Assembly (NCBI GenBank): GCA_038043465.1 | Contig: JBBTBX010000002.1 | Span: 110,944-174,943 of the forward strand | Reading direction: 5' to 3' | DNA from: Pseudomonadota bacterium | Lineage (GTDB): Bacteria; Pseudomonadota; Alphaproteobacteria; Rickettsiales; SXRF01 | Length of the DNA: 64,000 bases | Part shown: piece after piece, positions 41,979 to 51,409 of the stretch | Position numbering within the stretch: position 1 is the first letter of the stretch | How the letters are laid out: every line of letters starts with the position of its first letter | Translations under genes and position numbers: made by a program | The notes under the pieces: model-generated | What the model saw: only the letters and a program-made list of their open reading frames with translations | What the model was told of the DNA's origin: nothing | The model's database searches: none

Positions 41979-43907
41979 ATGAGTAAAATTATCGGTATAG
42001 ATCTTGGAACAACAAACAGTTGCGTGGCAATTATGGAAGGAAGCCAGATAAAGGTTATTCATTCCCAGGAAGGACGTAATGTGGTTCCATCGGTTGTGGC
42101 ACTCACTGAAAATGGCGAACGCCTGGTCGGTGATGGCGCGCGCAGACAGGCGGTTACTAACCCGGAAAATACACTATTTGCTATTAAACGCCTTATAGGT
42201 CGTAATTTCTCTGACCCAATAGTGGCTAAGGATATGGCTCTTGTACCTTATAAAATAGTAAAGGGCGATAATGGCGATGCATGGGTGGAAGCGCGTGGTG
42301 ATAAATATTCTCCAAGCCAGGTTTCGGCATTCATCCTTACCAAAATGAAAGACGTTGCTGAAAATTACCTTGGCGAAAAAGTAACTCAGGCAGTTATTAC
42401 CGTTCCTGCTTATTTTAATGACGCACAACGTCAGGCGACCAAGGATGCCGGACGCATCGCCGGTCTGGAAGTTTTGCGTATTATCAACGAACCGACAGCT
42501 GCTGCCCTTGCTTATGGCTTGGATAAAGATAAGAAAGATGGAAAGACCGTTGCGGTTTATGATCTTGGCGGCGGAACTTTCGACGTGTCCGTTCTAGAAA
42601 TTGATGATGGTGTTTTTGAAGTTAAAGCAACCAATGGCGACACTTTCCTTGGCGGTGAAGATTTTGATAAGAGGATTATAGATTTCCTGGCTGATGAATT
42701 TAAGCGTGATCAGGGAATCGATCTGCGTAATGACAAGCTCGCGCTGCAACGCCTGAAGGAAGCTGCGGAAAAAGCTAAGATTGAGCTTTCTAATTCAATG
42801 CAGACTGATGTTAATCTGCCGTTTATCACTGCCGATGCTTCTGGCCCTAAACACATGAACATCAAGCTAACGCGTGCTAAACTCGAAGGTCTGGTTGACG
42901 ATCTGATCCAGAAAACCATCGCTCCTTGCAAAGCAGCCTTAAAAGATGCCGGACTAACTTCTAAGGACATTGATGAAGTAATTCTGGTTGGCGGTATGAC
43001 TCGTATGCCAAAAGTTATCGAAGTGGTGAAAGAATTTTTTGGTCGTGAACCTCATAAAGGTGTAAACCCTGATGAAGTAGTGGCTATGGGCGCAGCTATT
43101 CAGGGAGCAGTGCTAAAGGGTGATGTTAAGGACGTGTTGTTGCTTGACGTGACTCCTCTATCTCTTGGTATCGAAACATTGGGCGGTGTATTTACGCGCC
43201 TTATTGATCGCAATACCACTATCCCAACCAAAAAATCGCAAGTGTTCTCAACTGCCGATGATAACCAGACTGCTGTTACCATTCGTGTTTTCCAAGGTGA
43301 ACGTGAAATGGCATCGGATAATAAATTGCTAGGGCAGTTTGATCTAGTGGGTATTCCTAATTCTCCGCGCGGTGTGCCACAAATTGAAGTTACCTTCGAT
43401 ATTGACGCTAATGGTATAGTGAATGTATCGGCAAAAGATAAGGCAACCGGCAAGGAACAGCAAATCCGCATTCAGGCTTCCGGCGGACTTTCTGACGCTG
43501 ACATCGACAAGATGGTAAAAGATGCACAAGCGCATGCCGAGGAAGATAAAAAACGCCGCGTGCTGGTTGATGCAAAGAACCATGCTGACGGGCTTGTCCA
43601 TTCCGCTGAGAAAAACCTCAAGGAACATGGCGATAAAATTCCGGCAGCCGACAAGGAGACAATTGAAAAAGATATAGCAGCTTTGAAGGAAGCTTTATCC
43701 AGTGACGATGCTGAAAAAATTGAAAAACAGACAGAAGCCCTCACCCAGTCTTCAATGAAAATCGGTGAGATAATCTATAAAGCTGAGCAGGAAAAGGCTG
43801 CTGCTGGTGGTAACGCTACTGGTGATGCATCTTCAGAAGGTGGCGATAACGGCACAGTAGTTGACGCTACTTATGAAGAAGTTGATAAGGATAAAAAGGC
43901 TGGCTAA
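41979..43907 (+). CDS. dnaK: molecular chaperone DnaK
   Basis: [23 protein letters not shown] and [11 protein letters not shown]. 642 aa. Confidence 0.98.
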   Translation: MSKIIGIDLGTTNSCVAIMEGSQIKVIHSQEGRNVVPSVVALTENGERLVGDGARRQAVTNPENTLFAIKRLIGRNFSDPIVAKDMALVPYKIVKGDNGDAWVEARGDKYSPSQVSAFILTKMKDVAENYLGEKVTQAVITVPAYFNDAQRQATKDAGRIAGLEVLRIINEPTAAALAYGLDKDKKDGKTVAVYDLGGGTFDVSVLEIDDGVFEVKATNGDTFLGGEDFDKRIIDFLADEFKRDQGIDLRNDKLALQRLKEAAEKAKIELSNSMQTDVNLPFITADASGPKHMNIKLTRAKLEGLVDDLIQKTIAPCKAALKDAGLTSKDIDEVILVGGMTRMPKVIEVVKEFFGREPHKGVNPDEVVAMGAAIQGAVLKGDVKDVLLLDVTPLSLGIETLGGVFTRLIDRNTTIPTKKSQVFSTADDNQTAVTIRVFQGEREMASDNKLLGQFDLVGIPNSPRGVPQIEVTFDIDANGIVNVSAKDKATGKEQQIRIQASGGLSDADIDKMVKDAQAHAEEDKKRRVLVDAKNHADGLVHSAEKNLKEHGDKIPAADKETIEKDIAALKEALSSDDAEKIEKQTEALTQSSMKIGEIIYKAEQEKAAAGGNATGDASSEGGDNGTVVDATYEEVDKDKKAG

Positions 43908-43917
43908 AAATGGATAG

Positions 43918-43961
43918 ATAGTGGCTGGAAAATGGTATAAAATGCTGTAACCAGCCACTAT
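43918..43961 (+). terminator. hairpin downstream of dnaK (possible attenuator, no clear T-tract)
   Basis: Perfect 11-bp arms atagtggctgg / ccagccactat separated by a 22-nt loop. Confidence 0.3.
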
Positions 43962-43976
43962 TATTAGGAGTGTTTT

Positions 43977-44201
43977 ATGAAGCCAATTGATATAGAAAAT
44001 TTTGATTTTTCACATCTTAGTCTTAATGAAAGAGTTATGCTTGCAGAAAGATTATGGGATAGCATCGAAGAGCATGTTAAGCAAAAACCTCTTACTGACG
44101 AGCAAATGGATGAAGTGGAAAACCGTATAAAATCTTATAAAGCAGGAGAAATGGAGACTTCTACATGGGATGAAGTAAAAAGCCGATGGGACTCTTTATA
44201 A
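43977..44201 (+). CDS. addiction-module antitoxin (short helical 'addiction module component' type)
   Basis: 74 aa. ...LSLNERVMLAERLWDSIEE...EVENRIKSYKAGEMETSTWDEVKSRW. AGGAG RBS. Followed after 6 nt by a RelE/ParE ORF. Confidence 0.65.
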   Translation: MKPIDIENFDFSHLSLNERVMLAERLWDSIEEHVKQKPLTDEQMDEVENRIKSYKAGEMETSTWDEVKSRWDSL

Positions 44202-44207
44202 GTTAAT

Positions 44208-44516
44208 TTGATGAAATATAAAATTGTAATAACAAAAGCTGCTGACCGTGACTTTATAAAAGATTTTTTGTGGTACGCTAAAGAAAACTCTGATTTAGCA
44301 AAAAGATTTAGAGAAAGTATCAAAAAAGAGATAAAGTTTTTATCGGATGCGCCTTTTGCTTGTGCATTAATTTCAAAAGAAGCAAGACAAGTCATATCTC
44401 ATAAATTTCCCTATCGTATAATTTTCATAATTGAAGATAATAATGTTGTAATAATTGCAATACTGCATGTAAAACGCTCTCCAAGCATTTGGAAAAAACG
44501 AATCACTAACCATTAA
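44208..44516 (+). CDS. RelE/ParE-family toxin
   Basis: 102 aa. ...HKFPYRIIFIIEDNNVVIIAILHVKRSP is a typical C-terminal toxin core. Confidence 0.7.
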   Translation: MMKYKIVITKAADRDFIKDFLWYAKENSDLAKRFRESIKKEIKFLSDAPFACALISKEARQVISHKFPYRIIFIIEDNNVVIIAILHVKRSPSIWKKRITNH

Positions 44517-44533
44517 GAAAATTATCATAAGCC

Positions 44534-45676
44534 ATGACAAAAAATTACTACGAAATACTCGGTGTTTCCAAAAGCGCATCACAGGATGAATTGAAAAAAG
44601 CTTACCGCAAATTGGCGATGCAATATCATCCGGATAAAAATGCCGGCAATAAGGAAGCAGAGGAAAAATTCAAAGAAATCAGCCATGCTTACGACATACT
44701 TTCTGACGAGCAGAAACGCGCGGCTTATGACCGCTATGGTCATGAAGCCTTCAATCAGGGAGGAATGGGTGGCGCGTCTGGTGGAGCTGGTATGGGAGGT
44801 TTTGATTTCTCTTCCGGATTTGCCGATATATTTGAAGATTTATTCGGGATGGGCGGTGGCAGACGTGGCGGTGGTGAGTCGCAATCTACTGCCCGCGGGG
44901 CTGACCTGCGCTATAATCTAAGCATATCGCTGGAAGAAGCTTTCACTGGCAAATCCGAAACTATTAAAATAACTACGGCTGCATCATGTGATACCTGCAG
45001 CGGTAGCGGTGGTGCAAATGGCAGCAAACCTGTTATCTGTACAACTTGTAACGGCAGCGGAAGAGTCCGTGCAACTCAAGGGTTCTTTACAGTGGAACGC
45101 ACCTGTAGCAGTTGTGGTGGAATGGGAAAGATTATTAAAGACCCATGTAAAACCTGTGCAGGAAGCGGGCGGGTACGCAAAGAAAAAACATTGTCAGTCA
45201 ATATTCCTGCCGGAGTTGAGGAAGGCACGCGCATACGTTTAAGTGGTGAAGGTGAAGTTGGTGTAAGGGGTGGTCCTGTTGGTGATTTATATATTTTCGT
45301 CAGCATAAAACAACATGGCTTGTTTGCGCGTGATGGTGCGGATATTCACTGCAATATCCCTATAAAAATGACAACTGCGGCTCTGGGCGGCTCAATCGAA
45401 GTTCCTACTATTGACGGAACGCGTATAAAAGTTACGATACCGGAAGGAACACAGCACGGTCACCAGATGCGCCTGCGCGGTAAAGGTATGTCGATTTTGC
45501 GAGCTGGCAGCCGTGGCGATATGTATATCCATACTCTCGTTGAAACACCGGTTAGACTAAGTAAAAAGCAAAAAGAATTGCTAAAGGAATTCGACAAAGG
45601 CAGCGAGAATGTCAGCCCGCAATCAGAAAGTTTCTTTAATAAAATTAAGGATTTCTGGTCGGATTTGAAGGAATAG
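44534..45676 (+). CDS. dnaJ: molecular chaperone DnaJ
   Basis: J domain YYEILGV...HPDKN, G/F-rich region, and four CxxCxGxG zinc-finger repeats. Confidence 0.97.
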   Translation: MTKNYYEILGVSKSASQDELKKAYRKLAMQYHPDKNAGNKEAEEKFKEISHAYDILSDEQKRAAYDRYGHEAFNQGGMGGASGGAGMGGFDFSSGFADIFEDLFGMGGGRRGGGESQSTARGADLRYNLSISLEEAFTGKSETIKITTAASCDTCSGSGGANGSKPVICTTCNGSGRVRATQGFFTVERTCSSCGGMGKIIKDPCKTCAGSGRVRKEKTLSVNIPAGVEEGTRIRLSGEGEVGVRGGPVGDLYIFVSIKQHGLFARDGADIHCNIPIKMTTAALGGSIEVPTIDGTRIKVTIPEGTQHGHQMRLRGKGMSILRAGSRGDMYIHTLVETPVRLSKKQKELLKEFDKGSENVSPQSESFFNKIKDFWSDLKE

Positions 45677-45859
45677 GATTATCCATAATATAAATTATCC
45701 ATGAATATCAATGCATTAACTCTGTAACTTGCTTAAATTTCATTAAAAATGTCATGAAACTGTAACTTTACCTTAATTACTCACGAAGTATATTATAGTA
45801 AGAACCTTAATTTCTGAAATAATATAAGTTTATGGGAATATTAGAAAAGTTATTTAGAC

Positions 45860-47674
45860 ATGCCTCGTAGAGAAGAATCTCCTATACATTACTCCCCATA
45901 TGATCCTGAGGCTGGAGCAGCAGGATCTAACCATCTTGCTGAATATGGTCATGTACGTCCAGATAGAGAACTTGGTTATAGATTCCAAGATGCTGGTCGT
46001 GGTGCTAAGTTCGATGCTGAAGGGAACATACTAACTAATGCAAATAGAGAAATTATTGTTGTAAGCCCCGATAGGGATCCTGTTCTTAAAAAAGCAATTG
46101 AAGAAGCTAAAACTTCACTATCTCAAATACCCTCACATGAAGAAAAAGTTAAGTATATTGCTGATTACGTTGATAGTTTGATGAAGGAAAAAAACGCTGC
46201 AAAAAATGAGCAAATTTTAGAGAGTATAGTCGGCGGACCGACTGAAGGGAAAAAAGTATCACTAGGTCAGCTAATTGAGAACGGAACAGGTGTTTGCCGT
46301 CATAGGTCATTATTGTTCAAAGCAATTGCTGATGAAATAGGGATACCAAGTTCTGTTGATAAAGGCAGTTATGTAAATGCAGATGGCACTAAACAAAATC
46401 ATCAATGGAATAAAGTTGAGCTGCCAAATGGAAAAGATCTTATTGTTGACACAATGAGCAAGAGTGAAAAAGTTATTGGCATGGGTCACCCCAGAGTCAA
46501 TATTTATAGGGATATTAATGGCAAGCCACTATATCAAGATGCGTATTCAATACAAAATGCACTTACAAGTAAATCTAAAAGTGGTGACGTAATAACTTAT
46601 AAAGTAAGTGAAAATGGAGTTGATTTTGGGGCTATTGCGATTAGAGGAAGTGCCGAAGAATTAGGAGATTTAAAGAAAGCTTTAAACAAAGAGGGTATCA
46701 AAACAGCAGAAGTTAGAACAGATAGTACTATCGGTAATTATCTTAGTATAAGCAATAGGCGTGATTTCAGAGAAAGATTTGAATTTGAAAGTGTTTCTGT
46801 CTATCCTCAAGTGCGTACGTTACAAGAAAAAATTACAAATAAATCTGCTTCTGGCGATGTCGTATCTTATAATACCAATAAAGGCACTACGTTATTGATT
46901 AGAGGTAATACAAAGGAATTAAAAGGTTTTGAAGATCAGTTTGCAAAAATTGGAATTAAAACAGAGATAGGAAGTGATGCCAGGCTTGGTGAATATATAC
47001 GTCTAAAAAGTGATAGTGTACGTGAATTCCACATATTATTTGATGTTAAACCTGTACCAATAACTGAAGCAATATCTAAAGCTGAAGCAATGTCTAAAAA
47101 TCCTGATGCCACTCCTAACAAAGGCGGCATTAAAGCAGCAATAGAAGATGGCAAAGGTCTTCTTAAAAAAGCTTTTAAATTATTCCCCGGTGTTGCAATT
47201 GTTGCTGTTGCCCCTGAAGTTTTTGCTAAAACCACTGAGATTGCTGATGACAGAACAGCGAGTGTGCAGGAAAAGTTGGTTTCATTTGGACATAACTTTC
47301 TTAGGGGTGGAGCTGATATCACTTTGGGAGCTATTGGTGGTACAGCAGCACAAGAAGGCTTAGAGAAAGCTGCAATGGCAATGGGTGCCAAAAAGGAACT
47401 TCTTATACCGCTTGATAGAGAAGGACTAGGGATTAAAAACAGGGATGATGTGGCCCAGCTTAAGCAAGACGCTGGCAATTACAGGGAAAATTTCGGTAAA
47501 CCAAAAGAAATAATGTCAGATGTCAAATTCGCTAAGGCTATGCAGGAGGCAAAAGATAAAGGTTTAACTGGTAAAGACTATAAACCTGTTGAATCTGATC
47601 AAAACATGAAGCCCGTAGTAATAGCGCAAAAAGCTCCGCAAGTCTCTTCTGATAAAAGCATGCTAATTAATTAA
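45860..47674 (+). CDS. hypothetical protein with CTR1/EDR1-like transglutaminase/papain-fold domain plus two internal about 80-aa repeats (effector candidate)
   Basis: 604 aa. [58 protein letters not shown] carries Cys146, His181 and Asp197 in triad order. Repeats at aa 231-312 and 321-397. Confidence 0.55.
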   Translation: MPRREESPIHYSPYDPEAGAAGSNHLAEYGHVRPDRELGYRFQDAGRGAKFDAEGNILTNANREIIVVSPDRDPVLKKAIEEAKTSLSQIPSHEEKVKYIADYVDSLMKEKNAAKNEQILESIVGGPTEGKKVSLGQLIENGTGVCRHRSLLFKAIADEIGIPSSVDKGSYVNADGTKQNHQWNKVELPNGKDLIVDTMSKSEKVIGMGHPRVNIYRDINGKPLYQDAYSIQNALTSKSKSGDVITYKVSENGVDFGAIAIRGSAEELGDLKKALNKEGIKTAEVRTDSTIGNYLSISNRRDFRERFEFESVSVYPQVRTLQEKITNKSASGDVVSYNTNKGTTLLIRGNTKELKGFEDQFAKIGIKTEIGSDARLGEYIRLKSDSVREFHILFDVKPVPITEAISKAEAMSKNPDATPNKGGIKAAIEDGKGLLKKAFKLFPGVAIVAVAPEVFAKTTEIADDRTASVQEKLVSFGHNFLRGGADITLGAIGGTAAQEGLEKAAMAMGAKKELLIPLDREGLGIKNRDDVAQLKQDAGNYRENFGKPKEIMSDVKFAKAMQEAKDKGLTGKDYKPVESDQNMKPVVIAQKAPQVSSDKSMLIN

Positions 47675-48690
47675 GCCGCTAAATTTTCTTCTGCTATGGA
47701 ATTACTAACGCCAGCAACATAAGCGGTACGCTCATAAAAATCTATCACTTCCTGTTTAACTGCGACTGGGTCGTGCATCGTGTTAATTCTTTGGCGGTAT
47801 TCGGCAGAGCCATAAAGCCCGCTGGAATACCAGCCTAGATGTTTGCGGGCGATCATAACGCCATTGGCTGCGCCATAATGCTCGAGCATTTCATCGTAAT
47901 GCGCCAGCACGATTTCGCGCTGTTCGGCAAGGCTTGGCGGCGCAATTTTCTCTCCGGTTTTCAAATAATGGCAAACCTGCGCCGGAAACCATGGGCGACC
48001 ATAACTGCCACGCCCGATCATCACTCCATCCGCGCCTGACTCAGCCAGAGCCATCTCCACATCATCAAAATTATTGATGTCACCATTCACCACCACCGGC
48101 AGTTTCACCGCTTCTTTAACACTCCTGACAAAGCTCCAGTCGGCATGACCTTTATACATCTGGCAGCGTGTGCGCCCATGCACGGTGAGCAGTTTAATCC
48201 CTACATCTTCAGCAATTCTGGCAATTTTTGGCGCATTGCGGTTGCTATCATCCCAACCTGTCCGCATTTTAAGGGTTACTGGAATTTTAACAGCCTTAAC
48301 CGTTGCTTCCAGAATTTTCGCGGCAAGTGGCTCATCGCGCAGCAAGGCTGAGCCGGCATTGCCACCCACAACTTTTTTAACCGGACAACCGAAATTGATG
48401 TCGATCATATGCGCGCCGCGATCTTCATTCAGTTTTGCCGCCTCACCCATCACTTCCGGATCACACCCGGCAAGTTGCACGGCAAAAGGAAACTCAAGCG
48501 GTGAAAAACTAGCCATGCGCATAGTATTTTTTGTCTCGAGTATCATTGCGCGTGAGGCAATCATTTCTGAAACCACCATCCCTACCCCGAAACGCTTAAC
48601 CAGTTTGCGGAATGGCAGGTCGGAAACTCCGGTCATCGGCGCGAGCCATACCGGATTTTCAATATTTATGTTGTCTATCGTTATAGTCAT
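47671..48690 (-). CDS. dusB: tRNA-dihydrouridine synthase B (NifR3 family)
   Basis: [24 protein letters not shown] and TVHGRTR motifs. Confidence 0.92.
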   Translation of the reverse strand: MTITIDNINIENPVWLAPMTGVSDLPFRKLVKRFGVGMVVSEMIASRAMILETKNTMRMASFSPLEFPFAVQLAGCDPEVMGEAAKLNEDRGAHMIDINFGCPVKKVVGGNAGSALLRDEPLAAKILEATVKAVKIPVTLKMRTGWDDSNRNAPKIARIAEDVGIKLLTVHGRTRCQMYKGHADWSFVRSVKEAVKLPVVVNGDINNFDDVEMALAESGADGVMIGRGSYGRPWFPAQVCHYLKTGEKIAPPSLAEQREIVLAHYDEMLEHYGAANGVMIARKHLGWYSSGLYGSAEYRQRINTMHDPVAVKQEVIDFYERTAYVAGVSNSIAEENLAA

Positions 48691-48695
48691 AAAAT

Positions 48696-48735
48696 GTTAC
48701 TAGTTACTGGTTACTAGCAACTGGTTACTAGTAAC
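48696..48735. promoter_or_regulatory. 40-bp imperfect palindrome with three GTTACTAG words (candidate operator) in the dusB / ispDF divergent region
   Basis: gttactagttactggttactagcaactggttactagtaac. 32 of 40 positions are self-complementary, and the outer GTTACTAGT arms are perfect. Confidence 0.35.
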
Positions 48736-48814
48736 AAAAAATGTTTATTGTGTTTTTAAAGAAAAGTACGATAAAGTATTTCCTAAACAATTTCAAGGAT
48801 TTCAGCCTATTATT

Positions 48815-50008
48815 ATGCCGGAAAACAGGAAAAAACCAAAAACCATAGCCTTGCTGGTCGCTGCCGGACACAGCGAAAGGATGGGGGGTGGCGTACCAAA
48901 ACCCTATATAAACCTTGGTTCTGAGAGCATTTTGCAGCGTACGGTAAAGGCATTCCTTGCCCATCCGGATATTGACGGGGTGCGGGTGGTTATCCGCCGT
49001 GAACACCATCCATATTACCGCAAAGCCATAGGCGGGCTAGCAATTATACCCTGCGTTATAGGTGGTAGTTCCCGTCAGGAATCGGTGCGACTGGGGCTGG
49101 AAAGTCTTGCCGAGCATAAACCTGACCGCGTTTTGGTGCATGACATCGCCCGCCCATTTGTAAACCGAGCTCTTATTTCCAGAGTTCTGGCTGGTCTTAA
49201 TGAGCATCAGGCGGTTATTCCGGTTATTGCAATAAATGATACGATAAAGCGCGTGGAAGATGGTGTGGTAACTGGTACTATTGAGCGCGCCGGTGCTGTG
49301 CAGGTGCAGACACCGCAGGGATTTGATTATAAAATGCTAGTAGACGCGCATAAACAGGCGATTGGTAAAGAGTTGACCGATGACGCAGCGGTTTGTGAGC
49401 TGGCGAATATAAAGGTTTTTACGGTTGATGGTGAAAATGAAAATTTTAAAATCACCAATGCAGAGGATTTAAAACGTATGGAAAATAATCTGATTCTGAA
49501 TTCAGAAACCCGCGTTGGCATAGGTTATGATGTGCATGTTCTGGCTGAGCATGATTTGGAAACTCCGATTATCCAGCAGAATATAAAACTGTGCGGGGTA
49601 CGCATTCCTTTCAGCCATTATCTGGTTGGGCATTCAGACGCAGATGTTGGGCTGCATGCTATTGTCGATGCTATACTCGGCGCAATCAGCGCGCAGGATA
49701 TTGGCGCGCATTTCCCGCCTACTGACCCAAAATGGCAGGGCGCAGACTCGGAGCGTTTTTTATTGCATGCCTACGGATTGCTGAAAAATCGCGGTGGTGA
49801 ACTGGTAAATATCGATGTGACGCTGATTTGCGAACGTCCGAAAATTTCTGTACACCGCGAAACCATGATTGAGCATATTGCAAATATACTAAAAATAGAA
49901 AAGCACCGTATCAGCGTTAAAGCTACAACCACTGAGAAATTAGGCTTTGCAGGGCGTGGCGAAGGGGTTGCAGCACAGGCAGTTGCGACTGTGAGGTTGC
50001 CGCGATGA
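48815..50008 (+). CDS. ispDF: bifunctional IspD/IspF (MEP cytidylyltransferase / MEcPP synthase)
   Basis: 397 aa. N-terminal AAGHSERMG... (IspD). C-terminal RVGIGYDVH...GHSDADVGLHAIVDA (IspF). Confidence 0.93.
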   Translation: MPENRKKPKTIALLVAAGHSERMGGGVPKPYINLGSESILQRTVKAFLAHPDIDGVRVVIRREHHPYYRKAIGGLAIIPCVIGGSSRQESVRLGLESLAEHKPDRVLVHDIARPFVNRALISRVLAGLNEHQAVIPVIAINDTIKRVEDGVVTGTIERAGAVQVQTPQGFDYKMLVDAHKQAIGKELTDDAAVCELANIKVFTVDGENENFKITNAEDLKRMENNLILNSETRVGIGYDVHVLAEHDLETPIIQQNIKLCGVRIPFSHYLVGHSDADVGLHAIVDAILGAISAQDIGAHFPPTDPKWQGADSERFLLHAYGLLKNRGGELVNIDVTLICERPKISVHRETMIEHIANILKIEKHRISVKATTTEKLGFAGRGEGVAAQAVATVRLPR

Positions 50009-50017
50009 TTTTTTCTT

Positions 50018-50093
50018 GTCATTCCGAATGTAATGAGGAATCTTTGCTTTATAATTCATTTTACAAAGATCCTTCGGCTACGCTCAGGATGAC
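50018..50093. repeat. GTCAT-type palindromic (MITE/REP-like) element after ispDF
   Basis: gtcattccgaatgtaatgaggaatctttg...caaagatccttcggctacgctcaggatgac. Same termini as 13234-13321. Confidence 0.7.
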
Positions 50094-50112
50094 AAAACTT
50101 AAAGGCTGAATA

Positions 50113-50607
50113 ATGACAGAAGAAAAGCAAAAGCTTCCAATGGGCAAAATCTGGTGGTGGGTGGCGACGTGGTTTGGATCAGGACTTGCGCCGAAAGCCA
50201 GCGGCACTGCCGGTTCACTAGCCGCCCTTCCCTTCGCCTGGGTTATCCAACAATATTATGGCAATTTCTGGCTTTTTGTAGCTTCTATTATTTTATTTTT
50301 TGTTGGCTGGTGGGCTTCTAATCAATATATGAAATATTATCCGGAAAAGCACGACCCAAAGCAAATTGTTGTCGATGAAGTGGCGGGGATATGGCTGCTG
50401 CTTGCCACTCATCCGGTCACATGGGAAGGATATGCTTCCGCCTTTATTTTATTCCGCTTTTTTGATGTTTTGAAGCCATGGCCGATCTCGGTTGCTGACC
50501 GCAAGATCAAAGGCGGATTTGGGGTTATGTTTGACGATCTTCTAGCAGCGATTTATCCTATGTTTTTTGTTGTTATGTATTTCATTCTTAGATCTTATGT
50601 TTCCTGA
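50113..50607 (+). CDS. pgpA: phosphatidylglycerophosphatase A
   Basis: GSGLAPKASGTAGSLAALP and DEVAGIW, FRFFDVLKPWPI motifs. Confidence 0.85.
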   Translation: MTEEKQKLPMGKIWWWVATWFGSGLAPKASGTAGSLAALPFAWVIQQYYGNFWLFVASIILFFVGWWASNQYMKYYPEKHDPKQIVVDEVAGIWLLLATHPVTWEGYASAFILFRFFDVLKPWPISVADRKIKGGFGVMFDDLLAAIYPMFFVVMYFILRSYVS

Positions 50608-51076
50608 TTCACAAATAAACCAAGCAACTGCTTTGCTAAATGCTTACAAAAGCAGAGGGCTGAAACTCGTAACTGCCGAATCCTGCACCGGTGGTTTGAT
50701 TTCAGCGTTGCTAACGGAAATTTCCGGTTCGTCAGATGTGTTTGAATGTGGGTTTGTGACTTATTCCAATGAATCAAAAATTAAACTCCTGGAAGTTGAT
50801 GAAAAGCTTATTGAACAACACGGCGCAGTCAGCGAACAGGTTGCATCTGCAATGGCGCAGGGAGCAATTGCAAAGACTGGGGCGGATGTTGCGGTTGCGG
50901 TAACAGGAATTGCAGGGCCAAGCGGAGGTACAACAGAAAAACCTGTTGGCTTGGTTTATATTGCCGTTGCTACGAAAAATAAAATCACTTGCGTAAAAAA
51001 TATTTTTAGTGGTAGTCGTGATGATGTTAGGCTACAAAGCGTCGGCAAAGCATTAGAGATGCTATCAGATATTTAG
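50597..51076 (+). CDS. CinA C-terminal domain protein (nicotinamide-nucleotide amidase PncC-like)
   Basis: TAESCTGGLISALLTEISGSS, GFVTYSNESK, GIAGPSGG. ATG 50597 preferred over the track start 50567. Confidence 0.85.
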   Translation: MFPDSQINQATALLNAYKSRGLKLVTAESCTGGLISALLTEISGSSDVFECGFVTYSNESKIKLLEVDEKLIEQHGAVSEQVASAMAQGAIAKTGADVAVAVTGIAGPSGGTTEKPVGLVYIAVATKNKITCVKNIFSGSRDDVRLQSVGKALEMLSDI

Positions 51077-51085
51077 CCATATATC

Positions 51086-51113
51086 TTGACATGATAAAAA
51101 ACCTATATACTAT
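51086..51113 (+). promoter_or_regulatory. candidate sigma-70 promoter driving the nrd riboswitch leader
   Basis: TTGACA (51086-51091), 16 nt, TACTAT (51108-51113). Confidence 0.35.
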
Positions 51114-51119
51114 ATGTTG

Positions 51120-51405
51120 TGTTTTACGGTGCATTGCTGGCATCCAGCTCGCAATGCTTAAAAGGGAATCCGGTGTGAGGTTTTATTCAATTCCGGAGCT
51201 GCCCCCGCAACTGTAAGCGGCGAGTTTTTATTCATCACGCCACTGGAGCGCAAGCTCTGGGAAGGCAGGATAAAATACGGCGACCCGCGAGCCAGGAGAC
51301 CTGCCGGAAGACATATTGCTAACCATCGGACGGGGTGCGCCGAGTGAGGGCCGTGACAAGATAATTGTCTGCGCTTGTCACCGTCGCCCTTTCCAGGAAC
51401 GGAGG
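51120..51405 (+). promoter_or_regulatory. cobalamin (B12) riboswitch, leader of nrdA-nrdB
   Basis: Conserved core aaagggaatccggtg ... ccggagctgcccccgcaactgtaagcgg ... gccactgg ... gggaaggc ... and B12 box agccaggagacctgcc (about 51290-51305). A hairpin gtgacaag/cttgtcac (51353-51381) lies before the GGAGGG RBS. Confidence 0.85.
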
Positions 51406-51409
51406 GTTC

